From the IMG/VR virus record IMGVR_UViG_3300047564_001818: a stretch of DNA of 64,000 bases, one strand, 5' to 3'. The DNA is from a virus (Duplodnaviria > Caudoviricetes). Shown piece by piece: positions 37,701-47,402 of this stretch. Position numbers and translations under genes: made by a program. The notes beneath the pieces were generated by a model. That model saw only the letters and a program-made list of their open reading frames with translations, was not told where the DNA came from and ran no database searches. The first letter of the stretch is position 1; each line of letters begins with the position of its first letter.

Positions 37701-39821
37701 TCTTACATAAAACATATTTGATGTTTCGTATCCTGATGCAGGAGTAATAGTTGTACTTCTAAGTTCGTCACCCACTAATGCAGTGTTAACTGGTACTCTA
37801 ATTGGCAACTGTTCTTGATAAAAACCAGTTTTTATAAAAATTGTTGCATTGTTTAACGTTGTATTAACATTATTTAAGACATAATTACAGGCATACTTAA
37901 CTGTTCTAAATGGTGCTGAAATAGTTCTTCCGGCAGTAGGTGTGTCTATTCCATCTGTACTAACATAAAACACGTTACTGATTTCTTCGTACCCGCTGTA
38001 TACTGCATTATTTGATAGTACTTTTACTACTTCGCCAGCAGCTCCTATAGGCAATCTAGTTTCTTCAGTTTGGTAAACTTTAATATCACCGACAGCAGCA
38101 AGAACATTGTTCTCTGTAGTCTGTATTAATACTTGCCAATAGTCTTGATCAGTTTGTAATATATCAACATCAGGTCGACTGTCTGATTCAGTAGCTAGAT
38201 GTGGATTGATACAAACATATAATGTTCCTTTATAGATAACAAGATCGCCTTCATAATACTGTGCATTGTCTTGCCATTCTGCTCTATACTTTTTACCATC
38301 AACTATTTTTTCCCACAGAGCAGCATATTCTGATGGGATGTTATTAACATTACTACTTAAACAAACATAAAGATTGCCTCCAGAGCGAACGACATCCCCT
38401 GTTTTGTAACTAGTACTCGAATTCCAATCGTTTTCGAAATTATAACCTGTAGTAATCAGTTGCCAATCTTGATCATCGATTCCCGGAATTTTATTTTGAT
38501 TATTTCTTAGAGCAACATAAGAATACCCGCCATACAATACAACGTTTCCTTGAGAATACTCTGTTGCAGAATTATGAATTAATTCGTAATATAGACCTGG
38601 TATCCACAAATTCCATTTAGATTGGTCGTTACGAAAGGATGAGCTTCCATCTACTGAAGTATGGCCTTGATTTGCTTTCCATAAACTAGCACCGTATTTC
38701 ACAATATCATTAACACGATATCTAGTAGTGTTAGTCCAGTCTCCTCTATACTCAATATCTGAATTTACAATTTCCCATTTAGCTTGGTCAACTTCTAAAC
38801 CTAATGCTTCTGTTGCAGAACTAGTGTGTCCAGTAATGCATCTATAACTTATAGCGCCGTAACGAACTACGTCATTTACTCGATATCGTGTGTTAGTCGT
38901 CCATGATGTACGCCATGAATCAGAAACTGAAACTACAGTCCATTTAGCTTGATCAGCTTCTAATCCTAATGCTGTTGTAGCAGCACTAGTATGACTTTGA
39001 TTAGCTATGTAGGTGATACCATTATATCTTATTACATCACCTAGTACATATACTGTACTAGTTTGCCATTCGTTTAACCAGTTAAATGTGCTAGCAAACA
39101 GTGTCCAATTGCTAATGTCTGTAGTTAAACTAGTAGTTGAAGTATGCGCCGTAACGGCTTTGTATAGATATCCGTTAAATTTAACGATAGAACCTTCAGT
39201 ATATAGTTGTCCAGACGCCCAGTTATTTCTCCAGGCATCGCCATCAAACATTACTTCCCAATTAGAATCATATCTAGTTTGCAGCTCGTTGCCCATTTCT
39301 CTATTATTTGCACTATAATAGAAAACATTGTGAGGAGCCGTTGTAGGTGGAGTAAATCTTAATTCTCTAGTTGTAGCTGTCGAAAAATTACTTATATAAT
39401 TGCTTTCTGAAACTTCAACTCCGTTGATATAATAATCTACACCTTCAGAATATCTTGCACCACCATTTAGATCGCCGTCTGCTGTAATGCTCAACAACAG
39501 AGGATTGCTAGCATTTGATGCTGCATTAAGATTGAAAATATATGTCTTTCCTTTTACTAAGAAAAGTTCTGGATTTTGAGATCCGTTTACATAAAATTTA
39601 CCTTGACTATTACCGTCTATAGTATCTGTAGATACAGTTACAGTATAAGTAACTGAACTAAATGTGTAATTGTCATTTAAGAAGGTAGTTGATGTATGAC
39701 CTTGTAAACAAACATAAGCTTTGCCATCTTGATATACAACATCGTCTTTAATATAGTTTACGCCAGAAGACCAATTGCCTTTCCAACGAAATTTTATTCT
39801 ATCTAATTTAAAATCAGCCAT
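34719..39821 (-). CDS. Large fibre/appendage protein (1700 aa), paralog with extra cupredoxin-like and Asp-box (BNR) modules
   Basis: Same N-terminus (MADFKLDRIKFRW), 8 CBM-like repeats and core as the 1606 aa protein, plus six S-x-(D/N)-G-x-x-W-type repeats. Confidence 0.8.
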   Translation of the reverse strand: MADFKLDRIKFRWKGNWSSGVNYIKDDVVYQDGKAYVCLQGHTSTTFLNDNYTFSSVTYTVTVSTDTIDGNSQGKFYVNGSQNPELFLVKGKTYIFNLNAASNASNPLLLSITADGDLNGGARYSEGVDYYINGVEVSESNYISNFSTATTRELRFTPPTTAPHNVFYYSANNREMGNELQTRYDSNWEVMFDGDAWRNNWASGQLYTEGSIVKFNGYLYKAVTAHTSTTSLTTDISNWTLFASTFNWLNEWQTSTVYVLGDVIRYNGITYIANQSHTSAATTALGLEADQAKWTVVSVSDSWRTSWTTNTRYRVNDVVRYGAISYRCITGHTSSATEALGLEVDQAKWEIVNSDIEYRGDWTNTTRYRVNDIVKYGASLWKANQGHTSVDGSSSFRNDQSKWNLWIPGLYYELIHNSATEYSQGNVVLYGGYSYVALRNNQNKIPGIDDQDWQLITTGYNFENDWNSSTSYKTGDVVRSGGNLYVCLSSNVNNIPSEYAALWEKIVDGKKYRAEWQDNAQYYEGDLVIYKGTLYVCINPHLATESDSRPDVDILQTDQDYWQVLIQTTENNVLAAVGDIKVYQTEETRLPIGAAGEVVKVLSNNAVYSGYEEISNVFYVSTDGIDTPTAGRTISAPFRTVKYACNYVLNNVNTTLNNATIFIKTGFYQEQLPIRVPVNTALVGDELRSTTITPASGYETSNMFYVRNGSGIRNMTLQGLTGTLGSPNIYLTRRPSAGAYVSLDPGTGPADTTVWIASKSPYIQNVTTFGTGCIGLKVDGSLHNGGNRSIVANDFTQVLSDGIGYWATNQGRSELVSVFTYYCHIGYLAENGGILRATNGNNSYGTYGSVAEGFDASETPVTGTVNNRLQEAQFSEAITFGTAEQKILAIGYSHAGQDYSSASVSFNGSGTGAVGSFKEFRNGAISNIRMLDPGDSSTPGGLNYTFVLNNAQGGDQTQIQLSQADIQSPADYLGQRIVIVSGLGVGQYAEITGYNSSTKIAIVSKESDGSNGWDHFQPGWPIESLLDSTTRYSIEPRVTVEEPTFSNTAITGYNRNYEFIVYGEGKFVAVTGGSGTYSSQYATYSTNGTTWATEANLGANYDIVGLTYTGERFLAIRGSNSGSPHTTILHSLNGETWASFSLPLNSIFLNISSDGNGNVAVLTNNNEVIYSSNHGVSWSTSSITGTTQDFSLLQYGNNKLVAIGVGGVGDVAYSTNNGINWTISASAIPQNNYNDITYGNGRFVAIVDTEDSTQNSVVYSFDGITWFESSITSPDVYTRVNYAQGVFIATGIGNTVAKSQDGSVWKIIDNDSTQYLLRETGNWTDSAFGDEKWVIVRNDSSNWNIVNTGAKPILRAKISNSAVSQIVVYDPGSNLPANPVVQIVDNNNTIEAVFETYVNDGVLAQPEMSNRGTGYFTATATITGNGFAEIYQTGKFLKVSNLGAIPEPGDNLNISGIGDVLYSVVKLINIVGPHPYTVTLQITPNIGVAESPDQGTAITLRKQFSQIRLTGHDFLDIGTGNAQSTRYPELYTEGETSENARQPFNEALGFGGGRVFFTSTDQDGNFKVGSLFKVEQSTGIVTVDASQFDLAGLTELSLGGIQVGTTPVVIREFSVDSNFTANSNNIVPTQKAIAKYIENRITGGGSDITTNTLISGQVRITGTTIDTTSGLEIDVPVVLNVKQGFEGKLLALQYFARSSK

Positions 39822-39822
39822 A

Positions 39823-40197
39823 TTATTCTAATCCTTCCGACGATGAGTTTTCATCATATGTGAATTTTTGATTAATTCTTGCAACTAATTCGCCTTCTTC
39901 ACTTACGTAATAGTATATATTTTTATTATTCCATTTAAACTGTTCATAGTTTAAATTTTTGTAAACTAGTTCATGTTTTACGTTTCGGCCTTCGTAAAAA
40001 TCTTGATTTTCAGTATAATTAGGATAATTATCTAAAGGATCTCCGGGCTTGTTTATAGTTAACGAATCATCTTTTTTAAGCTGATCAACTTTTCCTAAAA
40101 AAAGTTCACCTTGATCAGTTCTTCGAAGACCGTAAAAAAATCTGTTTTCTACTTCTCCGTATATTTGTTCTGGATTCATACCTACATAGTTTGACAT
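39823..40197 (-). CDS. Hypothetical virion-module protein
   Basis: 124 aa ORF with AAGGA SD in the structural operon. Confidence 0.7.
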   Translation of the reverse strand: MSNYVGMNPEQIYGEVENRFFYGLRRTDQGELFLGKVDQLKKDDSLTINKPGDPLDNYPNYTENQDFYEGRNVKHELVYKNLNYEQFKWNNKNIYYYVSEEGELVARINQKFTYDENSSSEGLE

Positions 40198-40206
40198 CTA
40201 AGTTCC

Positions 40207-40536
40207 TTACACAATATCTACATAACTTATTACAGCATCTAATGCTTCATTTTCATCTGCTACCAAATACAGTTGATTTTCTGGAGCAAGTATTAGTTTT
40301 TCGCCTGCGCTTAATGCTCTTAGGCTTGAGTTGGGCGGAACCATAACATCTTTTAAATAGTAACCCTCAACGCTAGTATCATCGTGCACCAGCACACTAG
40401 CATACACTACTGTTTCTGATAGATTAGCTAAACTAAGTCCTACAATAGTTGTTCTAGTACTTGCATTTGTTTCAAGTGCCAGTATTGGAACAGTTCCTAT
40501 TTCTTTAACTACTTTATTTTTAAACGTTGTTGCCAT
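40207..40536 (-). CDS. Small virion beta-sandwich protein (paralog family A)
   Basis: IVGLSLANL...VPPNSSLRAL..GEKLIL; structural operon context. Confidence 0.7.
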   Translation of the reverse strand: MATTFKNKVVKEIGTVPILALETNASTRTTIVGLSLANLSETVVYASVLVHDDTSVEGYYLKDVMVPPNSSLRALSAGEKLILAPENQLYLVADENEALDAVISYVDIV

Positions 40537-40540
40537 CTTC

Positions 40541-43500
40541 TTATCCTAATGTTAACACATATTCTATTGCTAGGCTTTCTGCTGCGGAAAATGTGATTGA
40601 CCCCGAAGCCCCTGCTACAGAAACCCAACTATTGCCGTCCCAAATTTCTAAATATCCTGCCTCAGTATTAAATCGAGTCATGCCAGTTTCTCTATAGGCA
40701 GCAGCAGGACGTTCTGCGCTAGTACCCACAGGCATAACAACACCGTTTGACCCTGATATTTTAAAATATCCGTTACCTTCTTGTTGAAAGTAAAGAATGC
40801 CGTCGGTAGTTCTATTTGTAATAGTACTGTTTTTAATTGCTATTTCATCAATAACGACTGCGCCGCTGCCGTTAGCTGATAATACTAAGTCAGTATTTGT
40901 AGTTTCGGTTCTAATAACGTTTCCGTCAATACTAATATCGTCAACTTCTATTCTAGATATTTCTAGCTTGTCGGTGTCGATACTAAGTTTTTCATCGCCT
41001 TGAATATAAAATCTAATTACTCCGTCGTTGGCGCCCGGAGTTAATTCTGTTGTGATATAGGTGTCTAAATCTAGATCGTATACGCCATTAAGTGCGATCC
41101 AGTTACCATCATACCCTTCAAACAGATTTGTATCTGTGTTATAACGTATCATGCCTAGTTCAGGAGAACTAGGACGTTGTGCTGTTGTTCCATTAGGAAG
41201 ATTTAGTGCGCCGGTACTGTTAATTCTAACTGTGCCGCTGTCTGCATCAAGTATGATGTCTCCGCTAACGCTCGAAACTGTGTTTCCGCTTAGTCGTAAA
41301 TTACCAGTGTCTATATATTCACCAGTAATATTAGTAGTACTACTTCCAGTTGTAATAGTAATACCAGTTGTAGTTTCAATATTAAGATCGGAGCTAGTAA
41401 AAGTAACTGTACCAGTTTCTTGATTCACATAGAAAAGGTCGCCAACTCTAAAATCACCCTTGTGGTCTACTGAGCTATATCGTATTTTGGCATCATTTAA
41501 TTCTACAACTTCGTTAGCCTGTATAACTGTTGTATTGTCATTGTCTTCAAATTTTCCATTGCCAATATAAGCAAAGTTTTGGCTAATAAGATACATTAAT
41601 ACGCCAGGGCCATCACCGTATGCACCATAGTTACCATACACACAGGCACTAGCAATACTTCTAACTTCACCACCAAAGTCTGTAAAATCTGTTAGTGTGA
41701 TAAAATCTGCTGTGGCGCCACCGCTAAATCTAATATCTTGAGCTAGCAGTGTGTCATCTTCAAATATTGCAGAACTATCATCTATATTGTTAAAATGTAA
41801 AAGCAAAACAGTATTGCTGTCACTTGTAAACTCGCCGGCAGGAACAATCAATGTACTGCCGCTGTATCTTGATATTTCTTTTGATATTCTAAATTCATCT
41901 ATATATGCACTTGCAGAATTTCCACCGTCAAATCTTGCTCCGATAGTGACTGGTTTAGTAGTTCCGTAATCGTTACTGTCTGCGTATGCACTGCCTACTC
42001 TAGTTCCGTCTACGTAAAGAGAAGTTGTTCCACTTATTCTAGAAAGTGCAATGTGATACCATTGTCCAGTTAACAACGTGCTTCCTATAATTCTATCAGC
42101 ACTGTTTGTGTAATAACGAATCTGTCCACCATTTGAAATATATACTACAGGTGCAACATCTCCAAAGGCTCCTGCTCTAAAATCAAAAATTTCTCTATTT
42201 CCTGATAAACTAGTGAGATAAACAAACGCCTCTACAGTAAAATCACCTGTACCAAACCCAAAGTCGTTATTTGCTGAAACACCTATATAATCTTCAACAC
42301 CATCTAACTGTAAACTGCTAGTGCCAAATCTTTTTATAGCAGTGTCAGTTACAGGGTTGTTATATCTCACAATGGTTTTTCCGCCTCTTTCAGAAAAGGT
42401 TTCAAAGCCAGTTTGTTTGCCGCTTACATAAAACTTGCCGTCTGTATCAACAGAACTAACAGTACCTGTTGCTAACACAGTAACACCATCTGTGTCGTAG
42501 TAGGTTACAGTTTCTCCTGCAAGATATGATCCTGTTATACCGTCTACTCTAATTGCAGTCTTGCCTGTACCTTTAAGTCCAGTTACACCATCTAGTGCTG
42601 TAAGTCCACGATTGGCAAAGTATGTAAAGCAGTTTAACCATTCAACTCGCGTACCGTTAGTAATTACTAGTGCATCTACACCTGGGGTAATAAATGTTAC
42701 ACTATGAAACAGGCAAGCTGCTTCTCTTGACCCTGTTGTTGCAACACTACCGTCTAGATACGCACCTTTGCCTGCATCTCCGGCATCAAATCCTCTAGGG
42801 TCTGTCCCACTAGTTACACTGCCGGATGTTATGACACTTATATTTCTAATATATGGCGAACGTGTAGTGACTGTAAATCCAGGAGCAAACTTGAACGCAT
42901 ATCCGTTGTAAAAATCTTTTACAGTAATATCTTCTATTGTAACTTCGCCGTTTAATAGAAAAGCATCATTGTTTTGAGTTGCCGGTGTGGGTTTAATAGT
43001 AACACTGCGGATACTGTGACCTTTTACAGTAACGCCAGCAGGAATAGTCATAGGAAATACTTCTAGATATGTTCCAGGATAAATGTGTATAGTGTCACCG
43101 CTTGTAGCTTGACTTAATGCATATGCCAATGAACGATAGGGATCGTTTGGATGAGTACCTGAATAAGTATCACTACCGTTTACAGCAACATACAGTATAT
43201 TTCCTTGACGTAAAGTAATGTCAATTCCGTCTACTTCAACAAATCCTGTGGTTACTGAGCCAGCAAAAAAGTTATTAGTCCATATGTTAGCCCATGACTT
43301 ACCACCAGTAGCTGGATTACTACCTAAGTTATAAGTATTGTGAGCATCTGGAATAATATTTGAATTTATTTCTGCATTAAATGTAACATTGTCTGTATTA
43401 GCATCACCTATTGTTATATTACCATTAGCAGTAATCGATCCTGTGGCAACAATGTTTCCGTAAACATTTGTGTCAGCAAAGATCTCGACAGTGCCAGATC

Positions 43501-43876
43501 CATTAGGACGAAACTCCAAATCTTCGTTTGAGGTATTAGTACTGATAACATTATTTTCAATGTCAATACTATCAATTACTAATTTGTTCTGGTATATAAC
43601 ATTATCTGCTGTACCTAATGTCAACACATTGTCTAGTGTAGAAATAGTATTGCCTAAGAAATTTACACTAGAAATTTGCGCTTCTGTGTTTACTTCTATA
43701 CCGGGCGCTCTAATTGTACCGTTTACATCTAAATCGTATTGAGGAGATGCAGTATTGATACCAATTCGGCTGTTATTAACATCAAGATATAGTAGATCAT
43801 TCTCAAAGGCTAAGTTTACTCCTTCTCTCAGAAGGTTAGCCCTCAAGAGTGGACCACTAATGCGACCAATAGCCAT
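40541..43876 (-). CDS. Fibre/appendage protein (1111 aa) with LamG/concanavalin-like domain
   Basis: MAIGRISGPLL N-terminus; 'FGTGDFTVEAFVY...WYHIALSR...LYVDG...YIDEFRISK' LamG module; two GTTAxRP-G-xRxNT modules. Confidence 0.8.
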   Translation of the reverse strand: MAIGRISGPLLRANLLREGVNLAFENDLLYLDVNNSRIGINTASPQYDLDVNGTIRAPGIEVNTEAQISSVNFLGNTISTLDNVLTLGTADNVIYQNKLVIDSIDIENNVISTNTSNEDLEFRPNGSGTVEIFADTNVYGNIVATGSITANGNITIGDANTDNVTFNAEINSNIIPDAHNTYNLGSNPATGGKSWANIWTNNFFAGSVTTGFVEVDGIDITLRQGNILYVAVNGSDTYSGTHPNDPYRSLAYALSQATSGDTIHIYPGTYLEVFPMTIPAGVTVKGHSIRSVTIKPTPATQNNDAFLLNGEVTIEDITVKDFYNGYAFKFAPGFTVTTRSPYIRNISVITSGSVTSGTDPRGFDAGDAGKGAYLDGSVATTGSREAACLFHSVTFITPGVDALVITNGTRVEWLNCFTYFANRGLTALDGVTGLKGTGKTAIRVDGITGSYLAGETVTYYDTDGVTVLATGTVSSVDTDGKFYVSGKQTGFETFSERGGKTIVRYNNPVTDTAIKRFGTSSLQLDGVEDYIGVSANNDFGFGTGDFTVEAFVYLTSLSGNREIFDFRAGAFGDVAPVVYISNGGQIRYYTNSADRIIGSTLLTGQWYHIALSRISGTTSLYVDGTRVGSAYADSNDYGTTKPVTIGARFDGGNSASAYIDEFRISKEISRYSGSTLIVPAGEFTSDSNTVLLLHFNNIDDSSAIFEDDTLLAQDIRFSGGATADFITLTDFTDFGGEVRSIASACVYGNYGAYGDGPGVLMYLISQNFAYIGNGKFEDNDNTTVIQANEVVELNDAKIRYSSVDHKGDFRVGDLFYVNQETGTVTFTSSDLNIETTTGITITTGSSTTNITGEYIDTGNLRLSGNTVSSVSGDIILDADSGTVRINSTGALNLPNGTTAQRPSSPELGMIRYNTDTNLFEGYDGNWIALNGVYDLDLDTYITTELTPGANDGVIRFYIQGDEKLSIDTDKLEISRIEVDDISIDGNVIRTETTNTDLVLSANGSGAVVIDEIAIKNSTITNRTTDGILYFQQEGNGYFKISGSNGVVMPVGTSAERPAAAYRETGMTRFNTEAGYLEIWDGNSWVSVAGASGSITFSAAESLAIEYVLTLG

Positions 43877-43985
43877 CTCTTCTCCTCAACACGGGGATCC
43901 TGTCCCTCTCACCGAATTTTCAGCTTGCGCTCTTTGCTGGTGCCCACAGTTTGACAGTATAGCACAATGGTCGCTGTGCTACATT
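43877..43985 (-). ncRNA. Candidate structured cis-regulatory 5' leader
   Basis: About 110 nt between GATAAATA (43988-43995) and the GAGGAG SD; GC-richer than flanks, several stems, a GCAA tetraloop. Confidence 0.5.
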
Positions 43986-44006
43986 ATTATTTATCGTTTT
44001 TTAGTA

Positions 44007-46472
44007 TTACCCTAATACTAGAGTATAGATATCCATTAATTCTTTAAAGGTTTCTTCAGTAACAGATTCGTCTTCGCCTGTACTTGGTTGCCATTCTGTT
44101 CCATTCCAAGTTTCAAGATATAATAAATCAAGATTCCATCGTGTATCTCCAATTTCAGGAGAACCGGATCTTTCTGCAGTTGTACCGTATGGTATTACAA
44201 GACCTGTAGTGCTATCAAACTTAGCATACCCTCTATCGGTAGTTGCTATTACAAAAGCACTATTTGATATATTAGAAAAATACGAATCGTTTATGTCTAT
44301 ATCAAACGTATTTACAACAGCATTTCCACTTCTTATTAGTTCTAAATCACTGTTGCTTAGTGTAGTTCTAATTATATTGTTATCGAAAAGTATATTTTCA
44401 TTAGACAGGCCGTGAATTTCTAAACTGTAAGGTGTTAGTCTACCTCTTTCTGCACTGCTGGTTCTAAAAATTATTTCATTACTAAAATTAGTAGCATCAA
44501 CACTAGTTGCTCTATTGTCAGAATAGATTCCACCAAAACTTAAATTAGCAGTCGAGTATCCTTCATATAAGTTTGTTTGAGTGTTATATCTAACGTTGCT
44601 GCTAACGTTAGTTCTTTCAATATTTGTGCCTCTACTTACAATTAACCCAGGATTACTTGTTAAGGTCAATATTTCTGTATACGGTGATATTTCTAAATCT
44701 TCAGCAATGTTAATAATAGTATTGCCTGTAATTCTTAAATTACCAGTATCAATACGTTCACCATCAATATAAGTAATAGATCCATTTGTATTGACGATAA
44801 TACTGCTTACTCCAGAAAAGTCTATGTTTTCGGCATTAATACTTGTGGTACCGGTTTCAAAATCTACAAAAAACTGATCTCCGATTCTATAGGTTCCAAA
44901 TGCATCAGTACTATTGTAGTAAATTTTGCCGAAGTTTATTTCAACTGTTTCGTTAGCTTGTTCTACCAGTGTGCCATCATTGGTTACATCTTTACCTGTT
45001 CCTATATAAGCAAAGTTATGACCTATTAGATACATTAAGGTATTAGGTCCATTGGCTACAGCACCAAAGTTTCCGTAAACATTTGCACTACCAATACTGC
45101 GTATTTCTGCTCCGTATCTTAAACTACTGTCGCTGAGAGGTTTGCCTATGGATCCCTCTAGTGCGTATAATCCACGGTTAGCAAAATATGTAAAACTATT
45201 AAGCCATTCTACTCTTACGCCGTTGGTCATTGTAATACAATCTACACCAGGTGTAATAAAAGTAGCACTGTGGAATAGCATACTGGCTTCTAAACTGTCA
45301 GCATCAAGTTCGCTACCATCTATATAGGCGCCTCGGCCTGCATCAGCATTGTTAAATCCTCTAGGATCAGCTGCTGAAGTTACACTGCCTTGCGTGATAA
45401 CACTTACGTTTCTAATGTAGGGACTTCTAGTACTTACTAGACCATTTGGTGTAAATCTAAAAGCATGACCTGTGTTAGTTACACTGTTGTAATAAAAATC
45501 CTTAACTGTAATATTTTCTATAGTAACATCGCCTTGTACTAAAAAAGCATCTTGTGTTTCTGTTACAGATGTAGGTGTTATAACTGTGTTTCTTAAATCT
45601 TCGCCGCTCACAGTTACATGTGGAGGTACTGTTAACGGAAAATCTTCTTCGTATACACCAGGAAATATATGAATAACAATTGGTCCTTCTGTACTTCCAT
45701 CGCTTTGTGCAAGAGCATGTTTTAGTGTACGGAATGCACCATGCTGATGGTCGCCTACATTAGTGTCACTGCCTAGAGTACTAACATAAAAAATGTTACC
45801 TTGTCTACGTGCTACACTAGTGCCGCTAGATATTAATTCTTCAAGTTGAATTGATTGGCCGTTAAGTAAAGTACTATAAATTCCAAGCCATTGTTTACTT
45901 GGAGAACCTAAATTACTTGTATTATCTTGATCTGGTATAAGATCACTATTAACATCAGCTGCAAACGAAACATTATCTGCATCATTGTTACCTAATGTTA
46001 GATTTCCTCCAAATGTAATATCACCTGTAGCGTGTAAGCTTCCAGTAATATTCCAATTACTGTGCATGTTTAGTGTGCCAGTACCGTTTGGCCTAATTTC
46101 TATATTAGAGTTAGAGGTAGTTGAGCTAATAGTATTAAAATCAAATTTTAAGTTAGCAGTAGCAATACTGGTAGCAAAAATATAGTCTGCACTGGTTAAG
46201 AATATATTGCCTATGTTGTTAACTATTTCGCTATTTTGTATCGAATAGTTTCCAGTATTTACATAGTCTGCTAATAAGTTGACTGTTCTATAGGTTGTTG
46301 GTATACTTAAAGTATCGCCAGGTGCTTCTGTGTTAATACCAATTCGGCTGTTGTTTACATCTAAATGAAGCAGTGCAGTATCACTGGTTGTATTTTTAAA
46401 GTTGAGATTTACGCCTTGGCGCAGTAGATTATCTTGTAAAACTCCACCTGAGATGCGCCCTAACTGTGACAT
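44007..46472 (-). CDS. Fibre/appendage protein (821 aa), paralog of 40541..43876 without LamG
   Basis: MSQLGRISGGVL...LHLDVNNSRIGINT; RSPYIRNVSVITQGS; ATAAATA at 46492-46498. Confidence 0.8.
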   Translation of the reverse strand: MSQLGRISGGVLQDNLLRQGVNLNFKNTTSDTALLHLDVNNSRIGINTEAPGDTLSIPTTYRTVNLLADYVNTGNYSIQNSEIVNNIGNIFLTSADYIFATSIATANLKFDFNTISSTTSNSNIEIRPNGTGTLNMHSNWNITGSLHATGDITFGGNLTLGNNDADNVSFAADVNSDLIPDQDNTSNLGSPSKQWLGIYSTLLNGQSIQLEELISSGTSVARRQGNIFYVSTLGSDTNVGDHQHGAFRTLKHALAQSDGSTEGPIVIHIFPGVYEEDFPLTVPPHVTVSGEDLRNTVITPTSVTETQDAFLVQGDVTIENITVKDFYYNSVTNTGHAFRFTPNGLVSTRSPYIRNVSVITQGSVTSAADPRGFNNADAGRGAYIDGSELDADSLEASMLFHSATFITPGVDCITMTNGVRVEWLNSFTYFANRGLYALEGSIGKPLSDSSLRYGAEIRSIGSANVYGNFGAVANGPNTLMYLIGHNFAYIGTGKDVTNDGTLVEQANETVEINFGKIYYNSTDAFGTYRIGDQFFVDFETGTTSINAENIDFSGVSSIIVNTNGSITYIDGERIDTGNLRITGNTIINIAEDLEISPYTEILTLTSNPGLIVSRGTNIERTNVSSNVRYNTQTNLYEGYSTANLSFGGIYSDNRATSVDATNFSNEIIFRTSSAERGRLTPYSLEIHGLSNENILFDNNIIRTTLSNSDLELIRSGNAVVNTFDIDINDSYFSNISNSAFVIATTDRGYAKFDSTTGLVIPYGTTAERSGSPEIGDTRWNLDLLYLETWNGTEWQPSTGEDESVTEETFKELMDIYTLVLG

Positions 46473-46494
46473 TGATTACTCCTTGACACAGTAT

Positions 46495-47055
46495 TTATTT
46501 GTCAAAGTTATGAATAACTGTTACTGGTTTTCCTAAAGGTACAGCACCAGTAAATTCAATCCACCATCCTGTATCTGTTTCTGTATAAGGTGCGTTTGGA
46601 CCAGTTAAATTAACCTGTGCTGTTTGTCTAATATTATAGTTTGTTGCCGGAAGTTGATAAACGTTTTCAACAAAAACTAATATATTTTGAGATGCTGCTG
46701 GTGCCGGAAAGTCTACGTCTCCGCTGTTTAATTCACCAAACACAGTTTCTGTAGCATCGCCATTACCTAGATTCTGTACAACAATACCTGGATCTTGGTT
46801 AGGTTCTTTGAATCTAACATTTCTCCAAGCACCGTTTTGATAAGCTTCTAATTGATCTGTAGTAGTATTATATCTTACATGACCTTCTGTTGCGGCTGTT
46901 GCTATACCTGATTCTCCGGGTCTTGCAGTTTCTGCACCTTTAGGTACTAGCATAGCACGTTCACTGTCTACTATGACTTGATTGTCATAGTCATATTTTA
47001 CGCCTTTACCGTAAATATTTCTAAGATTAGTGTTTTGTGCTTTTAACAATCTCAT
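46495..47055 (-). CDS. Virion structural protein with RYNT module and small beta-sandwich
   Basis: GHVRYNTTTDQLEAYQNGAW; ILVFVENVYQLP..NY...IEFTGAVPLG. Confidence 0.7.
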   Translation of the reverse strand: MRLLKAQNTNLRNIYGKGVKYDYDNQVIVDSERAMLVPKGAETARPGESGIATAATEGHVRYNTTTDQLEAYQNGAWRNVRFKEPNQDPGIVVQNLGNGDATETVFGELNSGDVDFPAPAASQNILVFVENVYQLPATNYNIRQTAQVNLTGPNAPYTETDTGWWIEFTGAVPLGKPVTVIHNFDK

Positions 47056-47056
47056 A

Positions 47057-47392
47057 TTATACTTCCAAATAGCTTACTGTAGCTGCAAGATTAGTAAGTC
47101 CTGATCCAATAGTAGGTTCTGCCACAAACGTAATTCTATCGCCTTGATCCAAAACAATACGTTCTGAATCGAATGTAAAAGTTTCTCCTGGCGGAAGAGT
47201 TAGATTTCTTACAACAGTTGTAACAGCATTACTAAGTGTGTCGCCAAAAGGTATTAAATGTAGGTCGAAACTAGCACTAGCTGCTAACGAAGTATTGCAA
47301 ACTAAAATGTTAGTAATTGCATAACTTTTTTCAACAGGAACAACTAAGATATCTAATGCAGTTGTTGTTAATTGGGCATTTACTATTGCCAT
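47057..47392 (-). CDS. Small virion beta-sandwich protein (paralog family A)
   Basis: YAITNILVCN...LPPGETFTFDSERIVLDQGD. Confidence 0.7.
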   Translation of the reverse strand: MAIVNAQLTTTALDILVVPVEKSYAITNILVCNTSLAASASFDLHLIPFGDTLSNAVTTVVRNLTLPPGETFTFDSERIVLDQGDRITFVAEPTIGSGLTNLAATVSYLEV

Positions 47393-47402
47393 ATTTTTTT
47401 CC

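Noticed and set aside
29864-39821. Repeats as a CRISPR array or DGR template/variable pair
   Set aside because: The repeats are in-frame coding units with synonymous variation; there are no unique spacers, no adenine-specific mismatch pattern noticed and no reverse transcriptase or cas gene in the window.
44002-44020. Hairpin TAGTATTA-CCC-TAATACTA as a terminator
   Set aside because: AT-rich stem with a 3 nt loop and no U-tract on the transcribed (minus) strand.
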